A DNA stretch of 64,000 nucleotides from positions 64,001 to 128,000 of the forward strand of contig CAWJGT010000025.1 in assembly GCA_963842525.1 (NCBI GenBank), in the 5' to 3' direction. This stretch comes from an uncultured Holophagales bacterium (GTDB lineage Bacteria; Acidobacteriota; Thermoanaerobaculia; Multivoradales; UBA5704). Numbering within the stretch: position 1 is the first letter of the stretch; the number at the start of each line of letters is the position of its first letter. The notes under the pieces were generated by a model. That model saw nothing but the letters and a program-made list of their open reading frames with translations, had not been told where the DNA came from and did not search any database. The position numbers were made by a program, and so were the translations under genes. Positions 8,402 to 18,767 of this stretch are shown in pieces.

Positions 8402-9792
8402 GCCTGCCCGTCTGGCAACGCTTCGAGAAGGAGGTCATCCAGCCGGGCAACTGCACGCACTGCGGCGCCTGCGTGGGCCTCCACCCGGAGCTCCTCCGCT
8501 TCGAGGAGACGGACCGGGGGCCGTTGCCACGCCCCCTGCACCCGCTTTCCGCGGAGGAGGACGCCGCGCTGGTCCGTGCCTGGGCGGTCTGCCCTGGCCG
8601 CGGCGTGCCCTATCCGGATCTCTTTCAATCGATGGGAGCCGAGATTTCGAGCTGGCTTCTCGGCCCCTATCGCCGCCTATGGACCGGCTACGCAGCAGAG
8701 GAGGCAATCCGGCGGCGGGGCGCCTCGGGCGGCGTGATCAGCCGCGTGCTGATCCACCTCCTCGAGAGCGGTCAGGTCGACGGCGCGGTGGTGCTCCGCC
8801 AGGGTGTCCCCACGCCCGAAATCGCGAGCCCGGTGATTACCACGAACCGCGACGAGGTGCTCGCCGCAGCGCAGAGCGTCTATGCCGTGACGCCCGTCCT
8901 GTCGATCCTCCCCGAGATGGAAGCCTTCCCCGGCCGGCTCGCCTTCGTCGGCCTTCCGGACCAGGTCGCCACCCTGCGCATGCTCCAGGCCGCCGGACAC
9001 CCGGCGGCTCAGAAGGTCGTCTTCGTCGCCGGGCCGTACGTGGGGACCAACATGTACAGCGGTGCGGTGCGCGCCTTCTTGCGTGCGCACAGGGTGAAGG
9101 ACGGCGTGCCGATTGCGAAGCTGGAGTGGCGGGCCGGCGAGTGGCCGGGCCATCTGCGGATCGAGACTACGGATGGCCGGGTCTTCACGGCGCACAAGTT
9201 CTATTACAACTACCTGATCCCCTTCTGGATCTCACGGAGCTCGCAGATCACTCCCGATTTCAGCAATGAGCTGACCGACCTGTCGGTGGGGGACGCCTGG
9301 TCGCCGGACCTGGAGAAGGCGGGCGGCGGCCACTCGGTCGTGGTGGCGCGGACCGATCGCGCTGTCGAGCTGCTGGAGGAGATGGCGAGACAGGGGCTGC
9401 TCTCCCTGGAGCCGGTCGCCTTCGAGCGCGCCGCCGCCATGCATGGCCACATGATCGATTTCAAGAAGCGCGGCTCGTTCCTGCGCCTGGAGAAGCAGGA
9501 GCGGCGGGGGCTGCCGGTCCCGGACTTCGGCTATCGGCCGGCCGAGATCCCGCGCGACCGCCGCCTGGCCGAGCGGGTGATCAGCGGATCGTTTGCGCTC
9601 GGCCGGCAGAGCTGGGCGCGCTGGATGGTCGGCCAGCTCCCGATCGGAGTGGTCGGGCCAGCCTTCGACATGCTGCGCAAGCGGTGGAAGGCGGTCTCGA
9701 AGCCGACGAAGCGCCGCGGTCTGGCCGAGGTGCGCTTCGAGGTCCGGCCGAATCCGGAGCGGTGGCGGGAGATCACCGGCGCGGAGGGCTGA
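8398..9792 (+). CDS. Coenzyme F420 hydrogenase/dehydrogenase beta-subunit (FrhB-like) Fe-S protein
   Basis: TTG start overlapping the upstream [29 protein letters not shown]. Confidence 0.8.
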   Translation: MSLPVWQRFEKEVIQPGNCTHCGACVGLHPELLRFEETDRGPLPRPLHPLSAEEDAALVRAWAVCPGRGVPYPDLFQSMGAEISSWLLGPYRRLWTGYAAEEAIRRRGASGGVISRVLIHLLESGQVDGAVVLRQGVPTPEIASPVITTNRDEVLAAAQSVYAVTPVLSILPEMEAFPGRLAFVGLPDQVATLRMLQAAGHPAAQKVVFVAGPYVGTNMYSGAVRAFLRAHRVKDGVPIAKLEWRAGEWPGHLRIETTDGRVFTAHKFYYNYLIPFWISRSSQITPDFSNELTDLSVGDAWSPDLEKAGGGHSVVVARTDRAVELLEEMARQGLLSLEPVAFERAAAMHGHMIDFKKRGSFLRLEKQERRGLPVPDFGYRPAEIPRDRRLAERVISGSFALGRQSWARWMVGQLPIGVVGPAFDMLRKRWKAVSKPTKRRGLAEVRFEVRPNPERWREITGAEG

Positions 9793-9797
9793 GCAGG

Positions 9798-11342
9798 ATG
9801 GATGCGCTAGAAGACGGCCTGCGCCACTACGTCTCCCGCCAGCTCCCGCGGGTCCTCACCCAGATGGACCGTGATCCCGGGTCACCCACCTTCGGCTGCT
9901 TCGACCGGAATTACTGGCATTACAAGATCCGCGACTTCCCGTCCGCCATCCTGCAGCAGGGCGCTTTCGCGGTGGATGCGCTCCGCCGCAGCTCGGAAAG
10001 CCCGGAGATCCTTGTGCGCTGGAGCGCCGGAGCTGTGAATGCGCTCGGCCGGCTGGTGGACAGGACGGGCGGGGTCGATGAGTACTACCCCTTCGAGCGG
10101 AGCTATCCGGCGGCGGCCTTCGGCCTCTGGACTGCGGCCCGGCTGCTGGCGGACTGGCAGGCGTCGGCTCCGCGGCTCGCCGCGGCGGTGGACCCGGAGC
10201 CGCTCCGCCGGCTCGCCGACCACGTGGGGCGGCGCGTCGAGGTCCAGGCCATGAACCAGCAGGCGGCGGGGCTGGCCGGGATCGTTTGGGCGGCGCAGGC
10301 GGGTCTGGCGCCGGACCGCTCGGCCGGGCACGCCGATCGTCTTTTCGCCGCCCAGCATGTGGAGGGGTGGTTCGAAGAGTACGGCGGGCCCGACTTCGGC
10401 TACCTCACCGTGACCCTCGATGCCCTGGCCGACTATCACGACGCCACCGGCGACGAGCGCGCTCTCTCGGCGGCCGATCGCGCGGTGGGCTTCCTGGCCG
10501 CCCTGGTCGGCGCCGACGGCCGGCTCCCCTCGACGCTCAACAGCCGCAACACCGATTACGTCGTCCCCTACGGACTGGCCCGGGCGGCAGCCCGCAACCC
10601 ACTGGCCTCGTGGCTGGTCCACACCCTCTTCCGGGACGCCGCGGACCCTGGGTGCTTCCTCTGGGCGACCGACGACCGCTATCACGCGCACTACATCTAC
10701 GCGAGCTGCGTGCGCAGCCTGGAGCACCTCGGCCGGATGCTCCCGCCCGAGCCGCCACCCGTCCGGACCTCGGTATGGCTCGCCGGATGCGGCTACTGGG
10801 CGCGGTGGCCGGAGGACCGGAGCTGGACCGTCTACGTCGGCGCCCGCAAAGGAGGGCTGGTGCGGGTCCACCGCCGGAATGGCGCGCCGGTGGCCGATTA
10901 TGGCTGGCGGTTGGAGGAGGGCGGTCGTCTATGGAGCACCAACTGGTGGTCGGATGTTTGGACGGCGGAGACAGAGGGGAATTCGATCCGCATCCGCGGT
11001 GCCTGCCAGCGGGTCGGATACCACGTCCCGCGGCCCTGGAAGCACGCCGTGCTCCGGCTTGCCGCCTGGGTCCTGCGGGACCGGCTGGTGCCGCTCTTAA
11101 AGCGCCTGATGATCTTCCGCCCGGGTGGCGCGGTCGGCCCGGCCTTTGAACGGCTTGTCGAGGTGGACGAGCGCGGAGTCCGGGTGACCGATCGTCTCGA
11201 AGTCCCGCCGGGCGCTCGGGCCTGGAGGAGCCCGCGGCAGAACCTTCGTCACGTGGCGAGCGCCGACAGCTTCAGCCCCGAGGAGCTCCACCCGCCAGCG
11301 GGACAGGACACTGAACCAGGGTGGAGGTGGGAGGCGCCTTGA
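9798..11342 (+). CDS. Conserved hypothetical protein (possible alpha/alpha-toroid, heparinase/lyase-like)
   Basis: Long ORF coupled to neighbours; DRDPGSPTFGCFDRNYW and GWFEEYGGPDFGY motifs. Confidence 0.65.
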   Translation: MDALEDGLRHYVSRQLPRVLTQMDRDPGSPTFGCFDRNYWHYKIRDFPSAILQQGAFAVDALRRSSESPEILVRWSAGAVNALGRLVDRTGGVDEYYPFERSYPAAAFGLWTAARLLADWQASAPRLAAAVDPEPLRRLADHVGRRVEVQAMNQQAAGLAGIVWAAQAGLAPDRSAGHADRLFAAQHVEGWFEEYGGPDFGYLTVTLDALADYHDATGDERALSAADRAVGFLAALVGADGRLPSTLNSRNTDYVVPYGLARAAARNPLASWLVHTLFRDAADPGCFLWATDDRYHAHYIYASCVRSLEHLGRMLPPEPPPVRTSVWLAGCGYWARWPEDRSWTVYVGARKGGLVRVHRRNGAPVADYGWRLEEGGRLWSTNWWSDVWTAETEGNSIRIRGACQRVGYHVPRPWKHAVLRLAAWVLRDRLVPLLKRLMIFRPGGAVGPAFERLVEVDERGVRVTDRLEVPPGARAWRSPRQNLRHVASADSFSPEELHPPAGQDTEPGWRWEAP

Positions 11343-12864
11343 GCCACCGCCTCTCTCTCGCGCTCGTCCTCCTGCTGGCTCTTGCCCTCTTTGCCTACGG
11401 CATCTCCTGGGGGCTGCCGAGCCAACGCGGCTGGGCCGGGGACGAGATCCTCTCCCAGGCCGTGGCGACGGCGGTTGCCAAGGGTTTCTCCCGCGGCTGG
11501 CACACGAAATACCCCCCTTTCCAGTACGTCCTTCTCGCCCTGGTCCAGACCCCGCTGCGGTGGCTGCACGTCTCCCGCGAGACGCTGATGCTCGCGGGCC
11601 GCTGGCTCAGCGTGGTGATGGCCCTGGGCACCGTCTGGTTGATCTACCGGACCGGCCGGGAGGTCTATGGCCGGCGGAGCGCGGTCTTCGCCGGACTGGC
11701 GGCCGCCCTCATGCCCCCGTTCGTCTACTTCGCCAAGACGGCGAACGTCGACGGCCCCTTCCTCCTCTGGGTCGCAGCCTCCTTCCTCTTCTACGTCCGG
11801 ATCTTTGACCGCCATCGCCTGCGCGACTACGTGCTCTTCGCCGTCTGCGCCATGCTCGCGGTCGGCACCAAGGACCAGGCCTATGGGCTCTACGTCCTCT
11901 CGCCGCTGCCGATCCTGGTCTCGCTCCACCGCCACCGGGTTCGCGAGGGCGTGGCCGGGTGGCTCGGGACCCTGCTCGACCGGCGGGTCCTCGCCGCGGC
12001 GGGCGCCGGCGTCCTCGCCTTCGTCCTGGTCTTCCAGATCCCCTGGAACCCGCGGGGATTTCAGCGCCACATCGGCCTCCTCACCGGACAGCAGTCGGAG
12101 GAGGCCCAGGTCTATCCGAACACCCCTCTCGGCCACCTGTGGAACCTCGCCCAGACCGCGAAGCACCTCCAGTTCTCCCTCGGCTGGCCGCTGGTCCTGG
12201 CCGCCGTCGCGGGGGCCGTCCAGACCTTCCGCCGCGGCGCAGACCCGCGGGAGCGCACCCGGTCTCGGCGCCTTGGCCGTGCTCGGGCTGTTCTATTACC
12301 TGACCTTCCTGAGCGTGGTGCTCTTCAGCCGGGACCGCTACGTCCTGCCGCTCTGCCTGCTCCTCGTGCTCTTCGCAGGCAAGGCCCTCGGGAGACCTCG
12401 CAGCGCCGGGCCGCTGGCGTCCCTTGCGGCTTGCCACCGTGGCGGCGGTCGTCCTCTACAGCACGTTGTACGCTCTGAGCGTCGACCTGCGCATGGTGAA
12501 CGATTCGCGCTACGCCGCCGAGCGCTGGCTCCGCGACCGGGCGTCCCTCCCGAAGGAGGCGGTGGCAATCGGCCGGATCAAGCACGCGCCGCGGATCGAG
12601 ACGATCGACTGGCCGCGGGTTTTCCGGAAGGAAGGGCGGATCCTCCAACGACGGGGCCTGCGCTACGTCGTGATCAACGTGACCGACCTGCGGTCCCCCT
12701 GGGAACGGAGAGTCTATGAGCGCCTGCTCGCGGGAGATTTCGGCTACCAGCTCGTCGGTCAGTTTAGATGGCAGTCGCCCTGGGACCTGCTCGACACCCG
12801 GGGGAGCTACACGACGCTGGACATGGTCAACCCGCGGCTGGCGGTGTTCGAGCGCGGGGAGTAG
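11339..12864 (+). CDS. ArnT/PMT-like GT-C membrane glycosyltransferase; frameshifts near 12260 and 12420
   Basis: N-terminal TM followed by GDE, KYPP motif, ~12 TM helices, GTKDQAY; reading continues across three ORF frames. Confidence 0.75.
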
Positions 12865-12871
12865 GGGGCAG

Positions 12872-14437
12872 CTACAGGCTCTGGCGCATGAAGTGCCAGC
12901 GGAGGTCGCCCTGCATGGGGACGAAGACCTCGGGGTGGATCTTCGGGGCGAAGCGGTGGAGAAGTGAGGAGAGATTCTCGCCGCGGGCGGCGGCTTCGAG
13001 GGCGTCGGCCGCGTCGCTTCCGGCCTTGCTGATGTAGGTCTGCCAGACCGCCTGCCGCACCGAGACCGAGCCCATCGAGACGTTGGGCATGCGGGCGACC
13101 CCCTTCTTGAGGAGGGAGAGCTTCTCCTTGAGGCTCCTCTCGGCGTCCATCGGCTGGCGCTGCCATGGGGTGTACGGCTTCGGCACCAGGACGTTCACGC
13201 CCAGATGGATGTTGCCGATCATCCCTTTCTTGGGCAGCTCTTCCAGCATGATGGCCCGCGCCCTTGCGGCCAGCTCCAGGATGCCCTGGACGTCCTCCAT
13301 GGTCTCGTCCGGCAGGCCGACGATGAAGTAGAGCTTGAGCTGGGTGAAGCCGTGCCGGAAGATGAGGCGGATCTTCTCCAGCAGGAAGGCGTTCGGGATC
13401 GGCTTGCCCATCTTCACCCGCAGCTCGTCGGTGCCGGTCTCCGGGGCCAGGGTGATCGAGCGGTCGCCGGAGGCGTGGAGCGCGTCGAGCACCCCCTCGG
13501 TCACCGCCGGGATGCGGATCGACGAGACCGCGGTGCGGAAGCCGAGCTGGTTCGCCTCCCGCAGGATGCGCTCGATGTCCGGGTGATCGCCGACCGCGGT
13601 GGCGACGAAACCGAGCTGGTCGGTGACCGGCCGCGCCCGCTCCAGCGAAGCGAGGATGTAGTCGGTCGGGTGCCAGCGGAAGCGGCCCATGCCGAAGGTG
13701 GCCCAGCAATAGCGGCACTTCTCGGGGCAGCCGCGGGACATCTCGATCAGGAACTTCTCCGAAAACTCCGTGTGCGGCGTGACGATGCAGGTGGTCGGCA
13801 GATGGCCCGGCTCGAGCATCTGCCCTTCGGAGAGCTCGCGCTTCTCCAACTTGGCCAGCCCGTCGCCGTCCTCCTCGGGCCGGTGGAAGGCAGGGACGTA
13901 GAACCCGCCGCGCGAGGCCAGCCGCTCCAGGACCGCATCGTTCCCTTCCTCTTCCTCCAGCGCCGCGAGAAGGTCGGGCAGGACGTTCTCGGCCGCGCCC
14001 AGGGCGAAGACGTCGACGAATTCGGACATCGGCAGCGGGTTGATGGCCGCGCAGGCGCCGCCCATGACGATCAGCGGGTCCCAGGGGCCGCGGTCGGCGC
14101 GGCGCAGAGGGATGCGCGCACGGTCGAGCATCTGCAGGAGGTCGACGTAGTCCCCCTCGAACGAGACCGAGAAGGCGATGCAGCCGAAATCGTTGAGCGG
14201 CCGGCCCTGCTCCACCGAAACCGGCGTGCCGGAGCCGTCGGTGAAGAAGCGCTCGCACGTCCAGTCGGGCCGCTGGTGGACCAGCTCGTAGACCCGCTGG
14301 AACGCCAGGCTCGACATGGCCACGTGGTAGGTGTTCGCGTACGCCAGCGCGAGCCGGTACTGCCCGTGCTGCGGGAACCGCTCCACGGGCCGCTCGGCGG
14401 CGCGCAACGGAGACCAGTCGTGGGTTGGCTTCTTCAT
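12872..14437 (-). CDS. Radical SAM protein with N-terminal B12-binding-like domain
   Basis: YANTYHVAMSSL, GGACAAINP, RGCPEKCRYC (CxxxCxxC), LAPETG, YFIVGLPDET. Confidence 0.85.
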   Translation of the reverse strand: MKKPTHDWSPLRAAERPVERFPQHGQYRLALAYANTYHVAMSSLAFQRVYELVHQRPDWTCERFFTDGSGTPVSVEQGRPLNDFGCIAFSVSFEGDYVDLLQMLDRARIPLRRADRGPWDPLIVMGGACAAINPLPMSEFVDVFALGAAENVLPDLLAALEEEEGNDAVLERLASRGGFYVPAFHRPEEDGDGLAKLEKRELSEGQMLEPGHLPTTCIVTPHTEFSEKFLIEMSRGCPEKCRYCWATFGMGRFRWHPTDYILASLERARPVTDQLGFVATAVGDHPDIERILREANQLGFRTAVSSIRIPAVTEGVLDALHASGDRSITLAPETGTDELRVKMGKPIPNAFLLEKIRLIFRHGFTQLKLYFIVGLPDETMEDVQGILELAARARAIMLEELPKKGMIGNIHLGVNVLVPKPYTPWQRQPMDAERSLKEKLSLLKKGVARMPNVSMGSVSVRQAVWQTYISKAGSDAADALEAAARGENLSSLLHRFAPKIHPEVFVPMQGDLRWHFMRQSL

Positions 14438-14441
14438 GCGT

Positions 14442-15011
14442 TCAGTGGGAGAGGTGGCCGGCGGCCCTGACGACCACGCGTACCTCTTTGGCGACTCGCA
14501 ATACAAAGAAACTCGGATCTTTCAGTCCCCATTCCAGGTAGGGGACGGTCAGGTAGGCCGTCGCCCGGGCGCGGTCCCCTTCGACCAGGACGGTCGCCGG
14601 CATGGCGATCGGCCGGCGGGTGCCGTGCATCTCCAGCGCACCATGGAGCTGCACCTCGCTGCGGCCGGCGCGCTGCAGGGCGCCGCTGATCCGCTCGACA
14701 TGGAAGACGATGTCGGGATACCGCCGGCTCTCCAGGATCTTCTCGTGCATTTTCTTGTCGCGCCGGGAGTTGCCGGTCGTTGCGCTGGTGGCGTCGAGGA
14801 CGATCCAGCCGCTGGCCTTGCCCGTCTCCGGGTCGACTTGAACCGTCCCGCTCTCCGCGCGAAGCGAGCCGTTGACGGTATGGAGGGTGGCTCCGAAGGT
14901 CAGCTCGACCTTGGTGCTCTTCGGGTCCAGCTCGAAGGTGAGCGTCTCGGCTGCGAGCGGCAGAGTGGACAAAAGGACGATCAGGAAGCCAAGCGACCTC
15001 GGATGAAGCAT
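14442..15011 (-). CDS. YceI-family polyisoprenoid-binding protein
   Basis: Signal peptide; TGNSRRDKKM..LESRRYPDIVF, GALEMHG. Confidence 0.8.
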   Translation of the reverse strand: MLHPRSLGFLIVLLSTLPLAAETLTFELDPKSTKVELTFGATLHTVNGSLRAESGTVQVDPETGKASGWIVLDATSATTGNSRRDKKMHEKILESRRYPDIVFHVERISGALQRAGRSEVQLHGALEMHGTRRPIAMPATVLVEGDRARATAYLTVPYLEWGLKDPSFFVLRVAKEVRVVVRAAGHLSH

Positions 15012-15071
15012 CGGCACTCTCCCGAAAGAAAAAGATGAAGACAACGACCCCTCTCTCGAATTATACGCAGC

Positions 15072-16199
15072 TCAGGCCGCGACAAGACGCCAGGCGAGCT
15101 TGAGGGCCCCGTCCAGGCCCAAACGGCGGGGCGGCAGGATGCGGCCGTGGATGCCGAGGAGCCGGGAGAAGAGCGCCGGCTCGGCGGCCAGGGCGCGGAT
15201 CGCTCGCCGGCGCAGGCGGGGGCGCCGCTCCAGGGCAAGCATAAGAGAAGTGACGGCGTTCGGGAGCCGCTCGATCCGGCGGTGGGCCGCGGCATAGGCC
15301 GCCAAGTCGCCCGTCCGCAGCGCGTCGACCAGGGCCGCCGACTGGTGGAGGGCGATCGCCAGGCCCTCGCCGGTGATCGCGTCCAGATAGCCGGAAGCGT
15401 CTCCGAGCAAGGCCAGGTTGCCGCGGTGGACTGCCCGGACCCGCTGGTGCAGAGGGCCGGCGCCGCGGTCGCGTGAGGTCGGCTGCGCGCCGGCGACCCT
15501 CTCCCGAAGAGCCGGGAAATGATCCAGCAGGGTGTCGAAGTCGCTCGGACGCCCCCTCCGGACACTCCAGAGCATGGCGATCCCGACCTGGTCCGGTCCG
15601 ACCGGCGTCACGTAGGCCTCGCACTCCGGCCCCCAGTAGACCTCGACGAAGTCGCTCCAGGGAGCGAGGGCGTAGTGGCGGCGCACGCCGAAGCGCCGGT
15701 GCGTCCCGGGGCGCGCTTCGAGGCCGGCCCAGCGGCGGACCCGCGAGAGAAGGCCGTCGGCACCCACGATCCAGCGCGCACGGAGCAGCCCCTGGTCGGT
15801 CTCGACTCCCTCGTAAGGAACGCCGCCCGCAAGGCCTCGCGCCGCGACCCCCCAGAAGAGCGAGACGCCAGCCTCCTCGGCGCGGCGGACGAGCGCGGCG
15901 TGGAGGTGGAGGCGCCGGACGCCGAGGCCGGTTGCCTGGGGGAACACCCCCTCGGCCGTCACCTCACCGTCGATGTAGCGGATGCCGCGGAAGGGGTACC
16001 CTTCCCGAGCCCCCAGCTCGACTCCCAGCTCGCGCAGGCGCGCCACGGCATCGGGCATCAATCCCTCGCCGCAGGCCTTGTCGATGGGGGGGTGGGAACG
16101 TTCGAGGACGGCGACCTCCAGTCCGGCGAGGCGGGCGCGGAGCGCGGTGGCGAGACCCGCCGGCCCGCCGCCGACGACCAGGAGGTCCCAGCGGCTCAT
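15072..16199 (-). CDS. FAD-dependent oxidoreductase/hydroxylase (SrsC-like)
   Basis: VVGGGPAG, DKACGEG, GADG, GDASGYLDAITGEG. Confidence 0.85.
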   Translation of the reverse strand: MSRWDLLVVGGGPAGLATALRARLAGLEVAVLERSHPPIDKACGEGLMPDAVARLRELGVELGAREGYPFRGIRYIDGEVTAEGVFPQATGLGVRRLHLHAALVRRAEEAGVSLFWGVAARGLAGGVPYEGVETDQGLLRARWIVGADGLLSRVRRWAGLEARPGTHRRFGVRRHYALAPWSDFVEVYWGPECEAYVTPVGPDQVGIAMLWSVRRGRPSDFDTLLDHFPALRERVAGAQPTSRDRGAGPLHQRVRAVHRGNLALLGDASGYLDAITGEGLAIALHQSAALVDALRTGDLAAYAAAHRRIERLPNAVTSLMLALERRPRLRRRAIRALAAEPALFSRLLGIHGRILPPRRLGLDGALKLAWRLVAA

Positions 16200-17962
16200 C
16201 CCGAGCCGCTCCCCCTGCGGCGGAGGCGGAGCCGGGCGTAGGCGAGCTCGGAGCGGGCCATGGCGCGGGCCATGCGCAACGTGGTCACCGGCTCGGGCGG
16301 CGCCAGCTCGCCGGCGAGGTCGAGGCGGAGGGCCTCCTGCCGCCGCAGCTTGCCGGAGGAGGTGCGGGGGAGCGTACCGGGCGCCAGCACCTCGACCCGG
16401 TCCACGGCCAGGCCGGTCGCGCCGAGCACGGCCTCGCGGCAGGCCGCGGGCAGCGCGGCGAGATCCTGCGGCCGGGCCCGCCGGGCTGCCTCGACGAAAA
16501 GGACCAGCTCCTCCCCCTCGGCGTCCTCCGGCAGCCAGCTCGCCGCGACAGCACAGCCGGTGCGCAGCCCCGGCACGCCCTCGACGGCCCGCTCGATCTC
16601 CTCGGGCGCGTAGTTGCGTCCGCGCAGGAGGACCACGTCCTTGGCGCGGCCGGTCAGGTAGAGCTCTCCTTCGTGGAGGAATCCCAGATCGCCGGTGTCG
16701 AGCCAGCCGTCGCGGAAGGCCCTGGCGGTGGCCTCCGGATCGCCGAGATAGCCCTCCATGAGCGACGGCCCCTGGATCCACACCCGGCCCACCCGGTCCT
16801 CCGGCAGCTCCCGTCCCGCTTCGTCGAGGAGGCGCAGCCGGAAGCCCGGGACGGGGCGTCCCACCGAGACGATCTCGCGTCCCTCCGCCGCCTCGTGCGC
16901 CAAGCCCTCGCGCGACAGCTCCTCGCGATCGAAACGCCCGCTGCGGAACGGCCGGTCGAGGTCCGAGAAGGTGACGGCCAGGGCGGCCTCGGAAAGCCCG
17001 TAGACCGGGGTGAGCGCCTCGGCCCGGAAGCCCCAGCGCGAGAAGCGATCGACGAAGGCGCGCACGACCCCGGGTGCGACCGCCTCGGCGCCGTTGAGCG
17101 CCGTCCGCCAAGCGGAGAGATCGACTCCCTCCATCTCTTCGTCGGAGATTCGATGGACACAAAGGCCGTAGGCGAAGTTGGGTGCCGGCGAGATCGTCCC
17201 GCGGTACCGGGAAAGTGCGCGCAGCCAGAGGGCCGGCCGCACCACGAACAGCTCCGGCCCGAGGAGCGTCAGCTCGGCCTCCCGGGAAAGAGCCGGGAAC
17301 ACGCAGCCGATGAGCCCCATGTCGTGGTAGAGGGGAAGCCAGGAGACGCAGCTCTGGCGTAGCTCGGCTGTGTCGGGCAGGAGGGTGTTGAGGGCCTCCA
17401 CCTGGCCGACGATCGCGCGGTGGCTCAGGGCCACCGGTTTGGGGTCCACCGTGGTACCGGAGGAGAACTGCACCAGGGCGAGGTCGGATGGGGAAGGCCG
17501 CACCGCCTCGACCCCGCCAGACTCGCGCGGGAGCTCGCCCAGGGTGCGGCAGCCGAGCCGTGGGCGCGCCCGAGCCACCGCCTCGCCGAGGATGCGCTTG
17601 ACCCGGGTGTCGGCGAGCACGAGAGGGGCGCGGGTGACCTCGATCATGCGGGCGGTGCGCTGGAAGTACTCGTCCAGCCGGCCGAGCCGCACCGGCGGGT
17701 AGAGCGGCACCGGCACGGCACCGGCGAGGAGGGTGCCGAAAAAGGCCTCGAAGAACTCGGGGCCCGTCGGGAAGACCAGCGCCACCCGGTCTCCTCTCTC
17801 GACGCCGAGGGCGCGTAGGCCGCCGCTCACGGCGAGGGCCCGGTCGCGCAGCTCCGCCCAGCCCATCCAGCGGGCCCGCTCGGCGCGGTCGAGGAACCGC
17901 AGCCCGCCGTCCGGGCGGCCCTCGACCCTCAGGAGATGGTCGACGAGCGTCTCAGCGGCCAA
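16196..17962 (-). CDS. Fatty acyl-AMP ligase
   Basis: QFSSGTT, SWLPLYHDMGLIG, YGLSEA, TGDLG, PRTSSGK. Confidence 0.9.
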   Translation of the reverse strand: MAAETLVDHLLRVEGRPDGGLRFLDRAERARWMGWAELRDRALAVSGGLRALGVERGDRVALVFPTGPEFFEAFFGTLLAGAVPVPLYPPVRLGRLDEYFQRTARMIEVTRAPLVLADTRVKRILGEAVARARPRLGCRTLGELPRESGGVEAVRPSPSDLALVQFSSGTTVDPKPVALSHRAIVGQVEALNTLLPDTAELRQSCVSWLPLYHDMGLIGCVFPALSREAELTLLGPELFVVRPALWLRALSRYRGTISPAPNFAYGLCVHRISDEEMEGVDLSAWRTALNGAEAVAPGVVRAFVDRFSRWGFRAEALTPVYGLSEAALAVTFSDLDRPFRSGRFDREELSREGLAHEAAEGREIVSVGRPVPGFRLRLLDEAGRELPEDRVGRVWIQGPSLMEGYLGDPEATARAFRDGWLDTGDLGFLHEGELYLTGRAKDVVLLRGRNYAPEEIERAVEGVPGLRTGCAVAASWLPEDAEGEELVLFVEAARRARPQDLAALPAACREAVLGATGLAVDRVEVLAPGTLPRTSSGKLRRQEALRLDLAGELAPPEPVTTLRMARAMARSELAYARLRLRRRGSGSG

Positions 17963-18197
17963 GCTTCCTCCGGACGATCGCGACCAGGTCGCCCACGGTC
18001 TCGATCCCCGCCTCGTCCACCTCGTTGAGAAGGACGCGGAACCGGTTCTCCACCTCGGCCGCCAGGGTCAAAAGGCGGATCGAGTCGAGCCGCAGATCCT
18101 CGACCAGGCGCATCTCCAGGGACAGGGCGCCTTCCCATCCGAGGTGCCGCCGGGCCACTTCGGTAATGCCTGCAAGAATGACCGCCTCGTCGCTCAT
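17952..18197 (-). CDS. Acyl carrier protein
   Basis: EDLRLDSI phosphopantetheine motif, EVENRF, TVGDL. Confidence 0.85.
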   Translation of the reverse strand: MSDEAVILAGITEVARRHLGWEGALSLEMRLVEDLRLDSIRLLTLAAEVENRFRVLLNEVDEAGIETVGDLVAIVRRKLGR

Positions 18198-18763
18198 CGT
18201 CCTCCCGGTACCAGCCTTGGCCGATCTGCAAAGACTTCGCCATAGCTGGAGACCCGCGCCAGCGCCGCCTCCTCGGCGCGGATCCGCACCCGCAGGATCC
18301 AGGCGTTCGCCAAACTGAAGACAACCGCCGAGAGCCATGCCGTATGGACCAGGGGGAGGGCCACCATCTCGGTGCAGACGGCCAGGTAGTTGGGGTGGCG
18401 AAGAAACCGGTACGGCCCGCTCTCGATGGGGGGCGCCCCGGGCAGGCAGAGGATGCGGGTGGTCCAGCGCTCCCCCAGGGTGGCCATGACCCACCAGCGG
18501 AGCCCCATGGCCAGCAGGAGGAGCGCCAGCATCGGCCACCCGAGAGCCGGCACGAACGGCCGGCCGAGCATCCAGACCTCAACCGGGCAGGCGATCAGGA
18601 ACGCCGTATGGAGGAGCACCATCCACGGGTAGTGCTCCGCTCCCGCCTCGAACCCGCCCCGGGCGAGGAGCGCCCGCCGGTGCCGCTCCGCGATCCGCAG
18701 CTCGGCCAGCCGCGCCAGGGCGACGGCGGCCACGAGGAGCGTGTAGAGGAGGCGGGTGTCCAT
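18194..18763 (-). CDS. Isoprenylcysteine carboxyl methyltransferase-family protein (SrsB/BpsB-like)
   Basis: GAEHYPWM, LGERWTTRI, GPYRFLRHPNY, RIRAEE. Confidence 0.85.
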   Translation of the reverse strand: MDTRLLYTLLVAAVALARLAELRIAERHRRALLARGGFEAGAEHYPWMVLLHTAFLIACPVEVWMLGRPFVPALGWPMLALLLLAMGLRWWVMATLGERWTTRILCLPGAPPIESGPYRFLRHPNYLAVCTEMVALPLVHTAWLSAVVFSLANAWILRVRIRAEEAALARVSSYGEVFADRPRLVPGGR

Positions 18764-18767
18764 CTCT

